DNA of 64,000 nt from a virus. A program made the position numbers and the translations under genes. Every line of letters begins with the position of its first letter. Position 1 is the first letter of the stretch. Positions 19,892-29,944 of this stretch are shown in pieces. The notes below the pieces were generated by a model. The model had not been told where the DNA came from, did not search any database, and was given only the letters and a program-made list of their open reading frames with translations. The stretch covers positions 9,400 to 73,399 of the IMG/VR virus record IMGVR_UViG_3300023179_000086; one strand, written 5' to 3'.

Positions 19892-20320
19892 ATGAAGATA
19901 AGATGTGCAACATTATTTGATATTACACAGACAGGTGTAAATCATAGAAGATCAAAATTAGAAAGAAAAGAAGAATTTGATATAGCAGGTAGTCAACAAT
20001 CTAATTTTGAAACAATTTTACAATGTATAGGTATACGTGCACAACCTGAAGATATTACTTCTCCTATTAAAAAAACTCAACAAATTAAAAATTTTGGAAC
20101 AAAATACAAAGTAAATCATGATATTCCTATATGGATGTTTACATTTACAGTATCAAAAAATGGTGTATTTCAAGTTGGAGAACAAGAATTAGATGGTTTA
20201 TATCAAGATTGTGAATCAGTACCAATGATTATAGGTTTGGAAGAATACAAATTTATTAACAAAACATTAAATACGACACAAGAATATAAAAATATACATT
20301 TTGAAATTATTGATGAATAA
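19892..20320 (+). CDS. hypothetical phage protein
   Basis: Start moved past the terminator to MKIRCATLFDITQTG. Confidence 0.8.
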   Translation: MKIRCATLFDITQTGVNHRRSKLERKEEFDIAGSQQSNFETILQCIGIRAQPEDITSPIKKTQQIKNFGTKYKVNHDIPIWMFTFTVSKNGVFQVGEQELDGLYQDCESVPMIIGLEEYKFINKTLNTTQEYKNIHFEIIDE

Positions 20321-20792
20321 AATACCCTACAAAAAATTAGAAAAAATAGCAGAAATAGTAATTCCAAAAATTATTAATAATATAATTATTGATACTGATA
20401 ATGGGTATGTTGTTTTTAATCAATATTATATTGAAAAAAATAAAACTTTTTATAAATTAATTAGACGTGGTGATGAAAAGACCATTAAATTTTCAAAATT
20501 GAAGAATGCAATAACCTATGCTATTTTGCATAAAAATTATAAAATGTTTGAAGCTAACAGAGTTTATGAATTAGACTATATCTTAGAGGGTATAGATTTA
20601 GAAAAATCTATTAATGAGAAAAAGAACAAAAAGCTTAAAATCAATGATTTTTTATTAAAGGCGATAAAGTTACAATCAATTTTAGATAAACGAAGAAGAT
20701 TTGAACATGAGTTGGATAAATACATAATAGTTGCTAAAGACTGTCAACAAAAAGGATTTGAAAATGAGATTAACAGAACTAAACGAAAGTAA
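20313..20792 (+). CDS. hypothetical protein
   Basis: Lys-rich ORF overlapping both neighbours. Confidence 0.7.
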   Translation: MNKIPYKKLEKIAEIVIPKIINNIIIDTDNGYVVFNQYYIEKNKTFYKLIRRGDEKTIKFSKLKNAITYAILHKNYKMFEANRVYELDYILEGIDLEKSINEKKNKKLKINDFLLKAIKLQSILDKRRRFEHELDKYIIVAKDCQQKGFENEINRTKRK

Positions 20793-21474
20793 AGCTAGTA
20801 GAATTGCCAATCGTGCTTTGAAAGAGCATTATGGTATGCAATATGATTTAGACAAGCTAGATTTTAGAACAACAAAAGCAATGCTTGACAAAGTACGTAA
20901 TTTATTACAGGGAGTTAGATCCACTAGTAAATTACATGAAAGTCATAGAGATAGTTCATATTTAAAATTAGTTATGATGGAGCAAATGCTATCTCATCAT
21001 TTTTCTGATTTGAATGTTAAACCTACCATTGTTGTAGAAGATGACACTGTTACTTCTGCGGCAAATGTTATGGCAGCAGAAAATATGATTCAAGAATTGC
21101 AAAAGATGGTTGAACGAGTAAGTGATATGCGTGTTAAAGATCTTGCGGCTATTGAAGAACAAATGCGTCAATCTGAACAAAGTGCACAAGGAGCAGATCA
21201 ATTTAGTCAAAGTGCAAGTGATGCTCTATCACAATTGCAAGATGCTATTGCACAAGCAAAATCATCTATCGTAGGTGCTCAAGATATATTATTAGGTAGG
21301 ACAAATGCAGTAGGAATGGATTCTGCGGCAGCGGTGGCACCTGTTAGTGATGAACCTGAAATGGCGGCACCTTCAGCGGAGTTGGGTGGGGATTTAGATG
21401 CAGCAGAGGAAATGCCCGAACTTCCTGCACCTGATGAAGAAGAAACAGGAAACGTAGGTAGAGAGTTACGCTAA
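20764..21474 (+). CDS. acidic coiled-coil protein, possible head scaffold or internal protein
   Basis: AAGGA RBS before MRLTELNE; acidic C-terminus; GATAAATA upstream. Confidence 0.7.
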   Translation: MRLTELNESKASRIANRALKEHYGMQYDLDKLDFRTTKAMLDKVRNLLQGVRSTSKLHESHRDSSYLKLVMMEQMLSHHFSDLNVKPTIVVEDDTVTSAANVMAAENMIQELQKMVERVSDMRVKDLAAIEEQMRQSEQSAQGADQFSQSASDALSQLQDAIAQAKSSIVGAQDILLGRTNAVGMDSAAAVAPVSDEPEMAAPSAELGGDLDAAEEMPELPAPDEEETGNVGRELR

Positions 21475-21476
21475 TC

Positions 21477-21818
21477 GTGCGATTTTATGAAATTATTAAG
21501 GAAGATAATGAAGATGATCCTTTAAAAGTTAAGATCACTTCAATTTTATCTCAATTAAAAGCACGACAGCGAGAAAGTGGTGCAAAAAATAATTATAGTG
21601 TAGATTCTGTACTCAACATATTAGGTAAAGATGGTGTACATATTAGTAAAGATGATTTGTACGATATTATAAAAAATGATCCTGTTAAAAATATTATTTC
21701 GGACTTTGATAAAGGAATTCGTTTTAAGGGTATTGATAAAGATAATAAAAGTTTACCTACCGACGATAGTGAAAAAATTGTTAAGGATAAGGCGATAAAA
21801 GCAACTAAATCAATGTAA
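21477..21818 (+). CDS. hypothetical protein
   Basis: GTG start, MRFYEIIKE motif. Confidence 0.75.
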   Translation: MRFYEIIKEDNEDDPLKVKITSILSQLKARQRESGAKNNYSVDSVLNILGKDGVHISKDDLYDIIKNDPVKNIISDFDKGIRFKGIDKDNKSLPTDDSEKIVKDKAIKATKSM

Positions 21819-21820
21819 TT

Positions 21821-22141
21821 ATGATTACGTTAACTGAAATAGCAGCAAACAAAATAAAAATGTTAATAGAAAAGCGTGGACGTGGTATAGGTATACAGGT
21901 CGGTGTAAAAACTACAGGATGTAGTGGTTTATCATACACATTAGAATATATTGATATTTTACCAATCGGTTATACTATACACGAATCATACGGAGTACAT
22001 GTGTATACAAAACCTGAACACCATGTATATCTTAATGAACTAGAAATAGACTATCAAAAAAAAGGATTAAACGAAGGATTTGAATTTGTCAATCCAATTG
22101 AAAAAAATCGTTGCGGTTGTGGGTCTAGTTTTAGTATTTAA
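21821..22141 (+). CDS. iscA: iron-sulfur cluster assembly protein IscA (HesB family)
   Basis: MITLTE.AA, GVKTTGCSGLSY, GLNEGFEFVNP, CGCGSSF. Confidence 0.93.
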   Translation: MITLTEIAANKIKMLIEKRGRGIGIQVGVKTTGCSGLSYTLEYIDILPIGYTIHESYGVHVYTKPEHHVYLNELEIDYQKKGLNEGFEFVNPIEKNRCGCGSSFSI

Positions 22142-22207
22142 AACCCAATGAACATTAAAACATATATTTTTCTTTCGTTTGGATAAATAAAAGGAAGGAG
22201 ATGTAAT

Positions 22208-22834
22208 ATGTTTTTATGCGAATCAAAAGAAACAACTAATTATGAAAGAAAGAGCAAATACGGAAAGTGTGTTTCTTATAATAGAACAAAAACTCTAACA
22301 CATTGGAAATGCGACAATTGCGGCGAAGAATTTTCTAAAATAAGAAACGGAATATACGATCCTAATGCAAAATCGTATTGTAAATCTTGTATATCTAAAA
22401 TTGGACTTAATAAATTAGCAAGTCTAGCAGGTTACGAGTCAAAAGTAAAAAATATATTTGAACCTAAAGTGGGTTCTGTAGTTATAGATAAAGAGGGGTA
22501 TCCTCAAATATATATAGGAAAAAATTATCCCTATAGAAATGGCGGCTATACACATATTAGAGAACATCAGTATGTAATGGAAATACACCTAGGAAGAAGA
22601 CTAGAAAAAGGCGAGATAGTTCATCATATTGATGGTAACAAAAGAAATAATAAACTAGAAAACTTATACCTAACAAGTGTAGAAGAACACAATAAACTTC
22701 ACGCAGAATCAGAAAGTATTATATTTGAACTTTATAAAAGAGGCGTTGTAGGGTTTGATAGGATTACAGGTAGATACTTTCTACACGAGGATAAATTACG
22801 AAAATGCGGTTGCGGTGAAAGTTTCGCTGTTTAA
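22208..22834 (+). mobile_element. free-standing HNH homing endonuclease
   Basis: CDNC..CKSC, REHQYVME.HLGR.L..GEIVHHIDGNKRNN.LENL; ends in IscA-like CGCGESFAV. Confidence 0.88.
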
Positions 22835-22883
22835 CATATCCTAATTATTTGACAAACACTCTTAATTGATCTAACATTTATAA

Positions 22884-23594
22884 ATGTATACTCCAAAATA
22901 TAACTATATTAACTTTAACCGTGTAAATTATGATGGTAAACGTCACTATGAAACACCTACAGGTGCATTACCTTCAGTTACAACAATATTAGATGCTACT
23001 AAACCTGAAGAAGAAAAACGTGCGTTATTTGAATGGAAGAAACGTGTAGGAAAAGAAAAAGCACAACACATAACTACTGAAGCAGCAAATCGTGGTACAA
23101 AAATGCATTCGTATCTAGAACATTTTGTAAAAAATGGGATACAGCAACCAAAAAGCACTAATTTTATGCATCATCCTAGTTGGGATATGGCAGAGCAAAT
23201 TATTTTAGGTGGGTTGAATCATTGTCAAGAATTTTGGGGAGTTGAAGTACCACTTTATTATCCTGATTTATATGCAGGAACTACTGATTGTGTTGGAATT
23301 CATAAAAACATACCTAGTATTATAGATTTTAAACAATCTAATAAAGTTAAAAAGAAAGAATGGATTGATGGTTATTTTTTACAGTTAGTTTTTTATGCCA
23401 ATGCCCATAATGAGGTACATGGTACTAACATTAAACAAGGTGTTATAATGATGTGTGTAAAACCCGATGAAAATACTAAACCATTATATCAAGAGTTTAT
23501 TTTGGCAGGTGATGATTGGAAAAGATTCAACCGAATGATGTGGGATCGTTTAGAACAATACTATACAGAAAAACAAACGATTCAAGTAGCATAG
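22884..23594 (+). CDS. PD-(D/E)XK exonuclease
   Basis: LPSVTTIL, RGTKMH, AGTTD, IIDFKQS, QLVFY. Confidence 0.88.
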   Translation: MYTPKYNYINFNRVNYDGKRHYETPTGALPSVTTILDATKPEEEKRALFEWKKRVGKEKAQHITTEAANRGTKMHSYLEHFVKNGIQQPKSTNFMHHPSWDMAEQIILGGLNHCQEFWGVEVPLYYPDLYAGTTDCVGIHKNIPSIIDFKQSNKVKKKEWIDGYFLQLVFYANAHNEVHGTNIKQGVIMMCVKPDENTKPLYQEFILAGDDWKRFNRMMWDRLEQYYTEKQTIQVA

Positions 23595-23631
23595 TTTGAA
23601 TAAATAAGTATATCACTTTAAAAGTTATACT

Positions 23632-26304
23632 ATGTCTATTATTCAAATTAGTAAAATCCAAGTAAGAACAGGTAATTTAGTTGATGTACCTCAGCTAAGT
23701 GCAGGTGAATTTGGTTGGGCAGATGATGAGCGCAGACTATTTATTGGCAATGATTCAAACCGAGTAGGCGATCCCGATCCAAATAACACTGAAATTTTAA
23801 CAACCTACAGTCCTATTGAACTCAGTGGTAACGTTACAATTGCCAATGTTGAAAATTTTCATGTTGGTGGTGGTAACAATGGTTATTTTTTGCAAACTGA
23901 TGGTAATGGAACTTTAGTATGGAGCGCACTACCTGGGACCTCTAACATTACCATAGCAGGTTCGAATAATCAAATACAATATAATGTAGGCGGAGCATTT
24001 AATGCAAGTGCTAATTTAAGGTATTTTGATTCAAATACAACATTGCAGTTAGGCGGTGGTAATGGTAATATTGTAAGTTCATATTTGTCTATAAATGTTT
24101 CATCAGAATTTGCAAATGCTCTTTTCACAGGTAATCTTAGATTATCTAATACTGATCAAAATACTTTTGCAGTTGGTAGCTTAGCAAATACAGGAAATTA
24201 TGTAACTATTGGTAGTGGACAAATATTTGGCAATCGAATTACAGTAAATCAAGCCAACGTAAATGCTAATATTATTGCTAATACTATAACAGCTAATTTA
24301 GTGCTAAGAGCAGCATCTGATTTGATCGTTAACGATGGTACATGGTCAAATTCATCAGGTGAACTTATTGTTGCTAATTATAATGTTAGAGCAAACGGTC
24401 TTGGTTTATTGACCACAGGTTATATTAACGCTGCAGGTGCCATTTATGGTAATAGTTTTACAGGAAATACTTTAACTGTTAATACCTCAGCAAATATCAA
24501 TAATGTTATTGTAGCCAATGGAGATATTACTGCAGCAAATATCAATTCAATTGGTGGAGTGCTGACGGGTAATGGAAGCGGTTTAAGTGCATTAAATGCA
24601 AGTAATATATCATCGGGCACGATACCAAGTGCACGTTTATCAGGTAGTTATTCTATAAACGCAAATAATGCAAATACTGCAGGAACAGTTACTACTGCTG
24701 CTCAACCAAATATTACGTCAGTTGGTACGTTAACATCTTTAGCGGTTGGTGATGTTACATCAAGTGGTACAGTTACTGCTGATGATTTAATTGTTTTAAA
24801 TGGAGCAATTGTTTCAGGAAATATTACACAAACAGGTAATACGAGTATAAGTGCTGCTCTTTCTGTTGGTGGAAATTTAACGGGTACTGATGCTACATTT
24901 AGTAATACAATAACTGCGGCTACATTTGTTGGTAATGTAACTACACCATCTATTGTAAATGGAAATAGTAATATTACTATATTTTCTAATGGTGATATAC
25001 GTGTCAGTAGTTTTAGTCAAGCAGATATTATCTCTATTGTGTCTAATGGTATTACTGCTACGACAACAATCGCCAACAGTTTAACAGTAGTTAGTAATGT
25101 CAACGCAGAAAATTTTGTTGGTGCATTAGCAAATGGTACGAGTAATGTATTAGTAGCAACTAATGCGAATATTAGTATTAATGTTAATAACAATAATGTT
25201 GCTAATTTTACTGCTACACAAGCTAATATTTTTAATAATTTAGTAGTCAGTGGAAATATCACTGCAACTAACTTAATCGGATTGTATGCTAATGGCAATA
25301 GTAACGTATCTATTCCCGCAGTCAATGGTAATGTTAATATTAGTGCAATTGGTACACCTAACGTAGTTGTTGTATCTAATACAGGTATAAACGTTAGTGG
25401 TGTATTAAATTCAAGTAATACAATATCTGCACCTAATATTACAGTAACTAATACATTAACATCAAATTTATTGACAGGGGTGTTAACAACTGCTTCTCAA
25501 CCTAATATTACTGCAGTTGGTAATTTAGTAAATCTTATTGTAAGTAATACGATTTCAGTAGGAAGCAATGTTACAGCCAATATTTTAATAGCAAACAATG
25601 GCATTTATGGTGAATTACAAACATCAAGCCAACCATACATCACAGAGATTGGACAATTATCTAATTTAACGATTGGTAATATAACTGACTATATTGAATT
25701 ATATGCTAATGGTGACGTACAAGCTACGGGTAATGCTGTTATTGGTGGTACGTTAACTGTTACAGGTAATGTTGTTGTTACAAACTTAGATCTTGCTAGT
25801 GGTTTTACTGCAAATGGCAATATTGTTGCAGATTATTTTGAAGGTAATGGTTCTGCATTAACGGGTATAAAAGGACCGTTATTTTTAGCGTACAATTCTG
25901 TAAATCAAACATTAACTGCAGGTAACGTTGATTTAATTTACAACACAACTACTGTAAATGATGATAATTATTATGATGAAACAACAGGCGTATTCACTCC
26001 ATTAGTAGAAGGATTTTATCAAGTAAATGTTGTATTAACTCCTGAATTAGCATCAGGTGTGGCAAATGGTTCTTTCTACATATTATTAAAAAAGAATGGA
26101 ACAATTATTGCTAAAAGTCCTAAGGTAGCACAAACACCAACATGGGGAATTGTTGGATCGACTGCAATTTCTACCATGGTTTACATGAATGGAACAACCG
26201 ATGAACTTATTGCTACTGCTGTTAATTCGGTAACAGGTGGTGTATGGCAGAGTGAGATATCTACTACAAATTATTTTCAGGCATTTTGGATTAAAAGTAC
26301 TTAA
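23632..26304 (+). CDS. tail fibre or receptor-binding structural protein
   Basis: MSIIQISKIQVRTG..L.AGEFGW.D.RRLFIG N-terminus, N/T/G-rich repeats, C1q-like C-terminus (TGVFTP.VEGFYQVN). Confidence 0.8.
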   Translation: MSIIQISKIQVRTGNLVDVPQLSAGEFGWADDERRLFIGNDSNRVGDPDPNNTEILTTYSPIELSGNVTIANVENFHVGGGNNGYFLQTDGNGTLVWSALPGTSNITIAGSNNQIQYNVGGAFNASANLRYFDSNTTLQLGGGNGNIVSSYLSINVSSEFANALFTGNLRLSNTDQNTFAVGSLANTGNYVTIGSGQIFGNRITVNQANVNANIIANTITANLVLRAASDLIVNDGTWSNSSGELIVANYNVRANGLGLLTTGYINAAGAIYGNSFTGNTLTVNTSANINNVIVANGDITAANINSIGGVLTGNGSGLSALNASNISSGTIPSARLSGSYSINANNANTAGTVTTAAQPNITSVGTLTSLAVGDVTSSGTVTADDLIVLNGAIVSGNITQTGNTSISAALSVGGNLTGTDATFSNTITAATFVGNVTTPSIVNGNSNITIFSNGDIRVSSFSQADIISIVSNGITATTTIANSLTVVSNVNAENFVGALANGTSNVLVATNANISINVNNNNVANFTATQANIFNNLVVSGNITATNLIGLYANGNSNVSIPAVNGNVNISAIGTPNVVVVSNTGINVSGVLNSSNTISAPNITVTNTLTSNLLTGVLTTASQPNITAVGNLVNLIVSNTISVGSNVTANILIANNGIYGELQTSSQPYITEIGQLSNLTIGNITDYIELYANGDVQATGNAVIGGTLTVTGNVVVTNLDLASGFTANGNIVADYFEGNGSALTGIKGPLFLAYNSVNQTLTAGNVDLIYNTTTVNDDNYYDETTGVFTPLVEGFYQVNVVLTPELASGVANGSFYILLKKNGTIIAKSPKVAQTPTWGIVGSTAISTMVYMNGTTDELIATAVNSVTGGVWQSEISTTNYFQAFWIKST

Positions 26305-26313
26305 CAGTATTAA

Positions 26314-26745
26314 ATGAATATTTTTCAATGCTCATTTCATCAACGATTACGTAGTTGGAGAGACTTACGTTTATCGATAAAAGACTTACCAATACAAGAA
26401 AAATGCGTTAGAATAGATGAATGGTGGCAGATGGCACCATTAATAACTCATTATTTACATCCTTTAGATTATAATAATTGGCCTGATCCATGGACTTTAT
26501 TATCTGAAAATATGTATTGCATATTGACTAGAGCATTAGGAATTGTATATACTCTTAAAATGAATGGAATATATAACATAAAATTACTAATAGCTACTGA
26601 TTCACAAGCTGAAGAAATACCCATAGTCACAGTCGATGACGCAAAATATGTACTTAATTATTGGCCTGGGATGGTTCTAAATAATTGTTTCAAAGATTTC
26701 ACAGTCAAGCGTGAAATATCGCTATCTTTTATAAAATTAAAATAA
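26314..26745 (+). CDS. hypothetical phage protein
   Basis: WPDPWTLL..YC..RALG..YTL; possibly transglutaminase-like fold. Confidence 0.75.
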   Translation: MNIFQCSFHQRLRSWRDLRLSIKDLPIQEKCVRIDEWWQMAPLITHYLHPLDYNNWPDPWTLLSENMYCILTRALGIVYTLKMNGIYNIKLLIATDSQAEEIPIVTVDDAKYVLNYWPGMVLNNCFKDFTVKREISLSFIKLK

Positions 26746-26759
26746 TTTAGGATGTAAGA

Positions 26760-29084
26760 ATGACAATCAATGTAATAAAAAGGGATGGGACAAGTGTCCC
26801 CTTAGATATCGCAAAAATACAAAGACAAGTACAAAATGGATGCCGTGGAATAGATAATGTTAGTCCTAGTATGATTGAGATTCGTGCACAAATACAATTT
26901 ACTGATGGTATGTCTACAGAAACAATTGATAAATTACTATTAAAAGCAATGGTAGATTTAATCGATGAATCTGAAAATCCTGATATTAATAACGTAAACT
27001 ACCAATATGTTGCAGGTCGTCAACGTGTTTCTATGTTACGTAAAGAGGTATATGGTAAATATGAACCACCACGTTTATACGATATTGTAAAATCCAACGT
27101 AGAACTAGGAATGTATACGCCTGATTTATTATCATGGTATACAGAACAAGAATGGGATACTATTGAATTATTCATAGACCATGATAAAGATCAAAAATAT
27201 ACATATAGTGCAATCGAACAACTATGTCAGAAATATTTAGTACAAAATCGTGCTACAGGTAAAATTTACGAAACCCCTCAAATTAGATATGCCATTGCAG
27301 CAGCAACAGCATTTCATAAAGAACCACAAGATAAAAGATTAAAATATGTAAAGGATTACTATGAATGTGCGTCAGATGGTCATTTCACTCTTGCCACCCC
27401 TGTGCTTGCTGGGCTTGGCACTACTACTAAACAATTCAGTTCTTGCGTTCTTATCAGTAGTGATGATACCCTTGATAGCATATTCGCTGCAGGAGAAATG
27501 ATGGCAAAATATGCGAGTAAACGTGCAGGTATTGGATTAGAAATTGGTCGTATACGTCCTTTAGGTGCACCCATTCGCAACGGAGAAATAAAACATACAG
27601 GGTTAGTACCATTCCTTAAAAAATGGTTTGCTGACTTACGTAGTTGTTCACAAGGTGGTATTCGTAACGCAAGTTGTACCGTTACAATACCTATATGGCA
27701 TGCACAATTTGAAGATTTTATTGTACTTAAAAATAATCAAGGTACTGAAGAAACACGTGTTCGTCAAATGGATTATAGCGTAGTTATTAGTAAATTATTT
27801 TGGCGCAGATATAAGGATGGAGAAAATATCACGCTGTTTGATCCACATGAAGTACCTGATTTATATGAAGCATATTATCGAGATACTAAAGAATTTGAAA
27901 AGTTATATGTCAAGTATGAGCATGCTAAAAATATTAAGAAAAAAATCATTTCAGCAGAAGAAATCTTTAAGAATGGCATATTAAAAGAAAGAACCGATAC
28001 AGGAAGAATATATTTTGTAAATATTGATAATGTTATTAATCAAGGATCTTTTGATACTAAAACAGATCCTATCTATCAATCAAATTTGTGTCAAGAAATA
28101 TTATTACCTACAAAACCATTTCAGCGTATCGAAGACCCCAATGGTCGTATAGCGTTGTGCACATTAGGTAGTATTAATTGGGGAGCATTTCGTAATCCAC
28201 AAGACATGCGTAAGGCATGTCGTGTATTAGTTCGTTCATTGAGTAATTTATTATCGTATCAAGATTTTCTTAGTGTTCAAAGTCAATTAGCCAATCTTGA
28301 TTTTGAACCATTAGGTGTAGGAATTACTAATTTAGCGTATTGGCATGCACGTAGAAACTTCAAATATGGTGCCCCAGACTCATTAGCTGAAGTGAAGCGT
28401 TGGATCGAACATCAATCATTCTATTTGACTGAAGCTAGTGTAGAACTTGCTGAAGAGCGTGGTTCGTGTAAACGTAGCCAATATACTTATTATGGTCGTG
28501 GAATATTTCCATGGGAACGTAGGGCATCAGGTGTTAACGAATTAACTGATTTTACACCAAGTATTGATTGGGAACCATTAAGAGCTAGAATGAAGAAATA
28601 TGGTATTCGTAATGCTACATTAATGGCAATTGCGCCCGTTGAAAGTAGCTCAGTAGTATTGAACAGTACCAATGGTATCGAAATGCCAATGGAATTAATT
28701 AGTGTAAAAGAAAGTAAAGCAGGAAGTTTTGTACAAGTTGTCCCTGAATACAAACGATTAAAAGGTCGTTATCAACTTATGTGGGAACAAACAGATTGTG
28801 TTGATTATTTAAAAACAGCAGCAGTTTTAGCAGCGTATATTGATCAAAGTATAAGTACAAACACTTTTTATAATCCTGCATATTATAATGATGGCAAAGT
28901 TCCTGCTACATTGATAGCGAAAAATTTAATGTTGGGTATACATTGGGGATTAAAAACTTATTATTATAGTTTAATCAATAAAATGGGTGCAAAAGCTGTA
29001 TTAAAAGATGATAATATCACATCATTTACGCCTCTTATTGAATCAGAATTAATTGAAGAAGATTGTGAAGCATGTAAACTTTAG
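26760..29084 (+). CDS. nrdA: ribonucleotide reductase class Ia alpha subunit with ATP cone
   Basis: VIKRDG, QFSSC, SNLCQEI, ALCTL, KTYYY, C-terminal CEAC. Confidence 0.97.
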   Translation: MTINVIKRDGTSVPLDIAKIQRQVQNGCRGIDNVSPSMIEIRAQIQFTDGMSTETIDKLLLKAMVDLIDESENPDINNVNYQYVAGRQRVSMLRKEVYGKYEPPRLYDIVKSNVELGMYTPDLLSWYTEQEWDTIELFIDHDKDQKYTYSAIEQLCQKYLVQNRATGKIYETPQIRYAIAAATAFHKEPQDKRLKYVKDYYECASDGHFTLATPVLAGLGTTTKQFSSCVLISSDDTLDSIFAAGEMMAKYASKRAGIGLEIGRIRPLGAPIRNGEIKHTGLVPFLKKWFADLRSCSQGGIRNASCTVTIPIWHAQFEDFIVLKNNQGTEETRVRQMDYSVVISKLFWRRYKDGENITLFDPHEVPDLYEAYYRDTKEFEKLYVKYEHAKNIKKKIISAEEIFKNGILKERTDTGRIYFVNIDNVINQGSFDTKTDPIYQSNLCQEILLPTKPFQRIEDPNGRIALCTLGSINWGAFRNPQDMRKACRVLVRSLSNLLSYQDFLSVQSQLANLDFEPLGVGITNLAYWHARRNFKYGAPDSLAEVKRWIEHQSFYLTEASVELAEERGSCKRSQYTYYGRGIFPWERRASGVNELTDFTPSIDWEPLRARMKKYGIRNATLMAIAPVESSSVVLNSTNGIEMPMELISVKESKAGSFVQVVPEYKRLKGRYQLMWEQTDCVDYLKTAAVLAAYIDQSISTNTFYNPAYYNDGKVPATLIAKNLMLGIHWGLKTYYYSLINKMGAKAVLKDDNITSFTPLIESELIEEDCEACKL

Positions 29085-29089
29085 GAGTT

Positions 29090-29287
29090 ATGATGAAAGA
29101 AAAAGAAGTAGAATTATTAACCGAAAGATTAAATCAGTCAGTGAGTGATATAAACGGAATCATTGATTTATTGTATAAAAAATACAATGTTGAAACTATT
29201 TTGTATTATGAACATAATAATGGTACGGGTAAATCTTCTCAATTGAAAACACTTAGAATAACACAGATAGTGGATTATTTAAAATAA
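29090..29287 (+). CDS. hypothetical protein
   Basis: AGGAG RBS. Confidence 0.7.
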   Translation: MMKEKEVELLTERLNQSVSDINGIIDLLYKKYNVETILYYEHNNGTGKSSQLKTLRITQIVDYLK

Positions 29288-29288
29288 A

Positions 29289-29930
29289 ATGTTAGAAACA
29301 TGTTGTGACATATTAGTTGAAGCGTATAATAGAAATTGGATAACAAGTCGTGATGGAAACATTTCTATACGTTATCATGATCGAAATCATTTTTATATTA
29401 CGCCAAGTGGAGTACGTAAACAAAAAATGCAGTATGATATGTTTAAAAAAATTCGTATTGCTTGTAAAGGAATAACTGAATATCCCGAAGTCATTGAACA
29501 AAATGATATTAGTGGTAATCTACAGCCTAGTGGTGAATTACCCTTACATTTTGGGTTACAACGACAAATGGGACAACATAGTGAAGATATTAGAGTAGTT
29601 GTTCATGTACATCCTACTTACATTATAGCTGCAATGCATGCAGGTATTATATTACAAGATTTAGTAAAAAGCTTCCCTGAACTTAGTAGATATACCAAAG
29701 TTGCACCTAATGTAGGTGATGTTCCACCAATAAGTCAAGAATTAGGTGATGCATGTCATGAAGCATTAGGATTAGATTTAAATGGTTTTATAAAATATGA
29801 CATTGTTGGTATTAAGGGACATGGTGTAGTAGCAGTAGATAGTACACCATGGAGAGCATTTGAACATATTGAACGGTTAGAACATATATGTAAAATAGTG
29901 TTAGCAAGTGGAGTGCATAATAAATTTTAA
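29289..29930 (+). CDS. class II aldolase/adducin family protein
   Basis: DGNIS, ITPSG, PSGELPLH, VVHVHP, GHGV. Confidence 0.9.
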   Translation: MLETCCDILVEAYNRNWITSRDGNISIRYHDRNHFYITPSGVRKQKMQYDMFKKIRIACKGITEYPEVIEQNDISGNLQPSGELPLHFGLQRQMGQHSEDIRVVVHVHPTYIIAAMHAGIILQDLVKSFPELSRYTKVAPNVGDVPPISQELGDACHEALGLDLNGFIKYDIVGIKGHGVVAVDSTPWRAFEHIERLEHICKIVLASGVHNKF

Positions 29931-29944
29931 TAATGGATTGAAAG

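Noticed and set aside
23632-26304. Diversity-generating retroelement target
   Set aside because: No reverse transcriptase and no template/variable repeat pair seen in the window.
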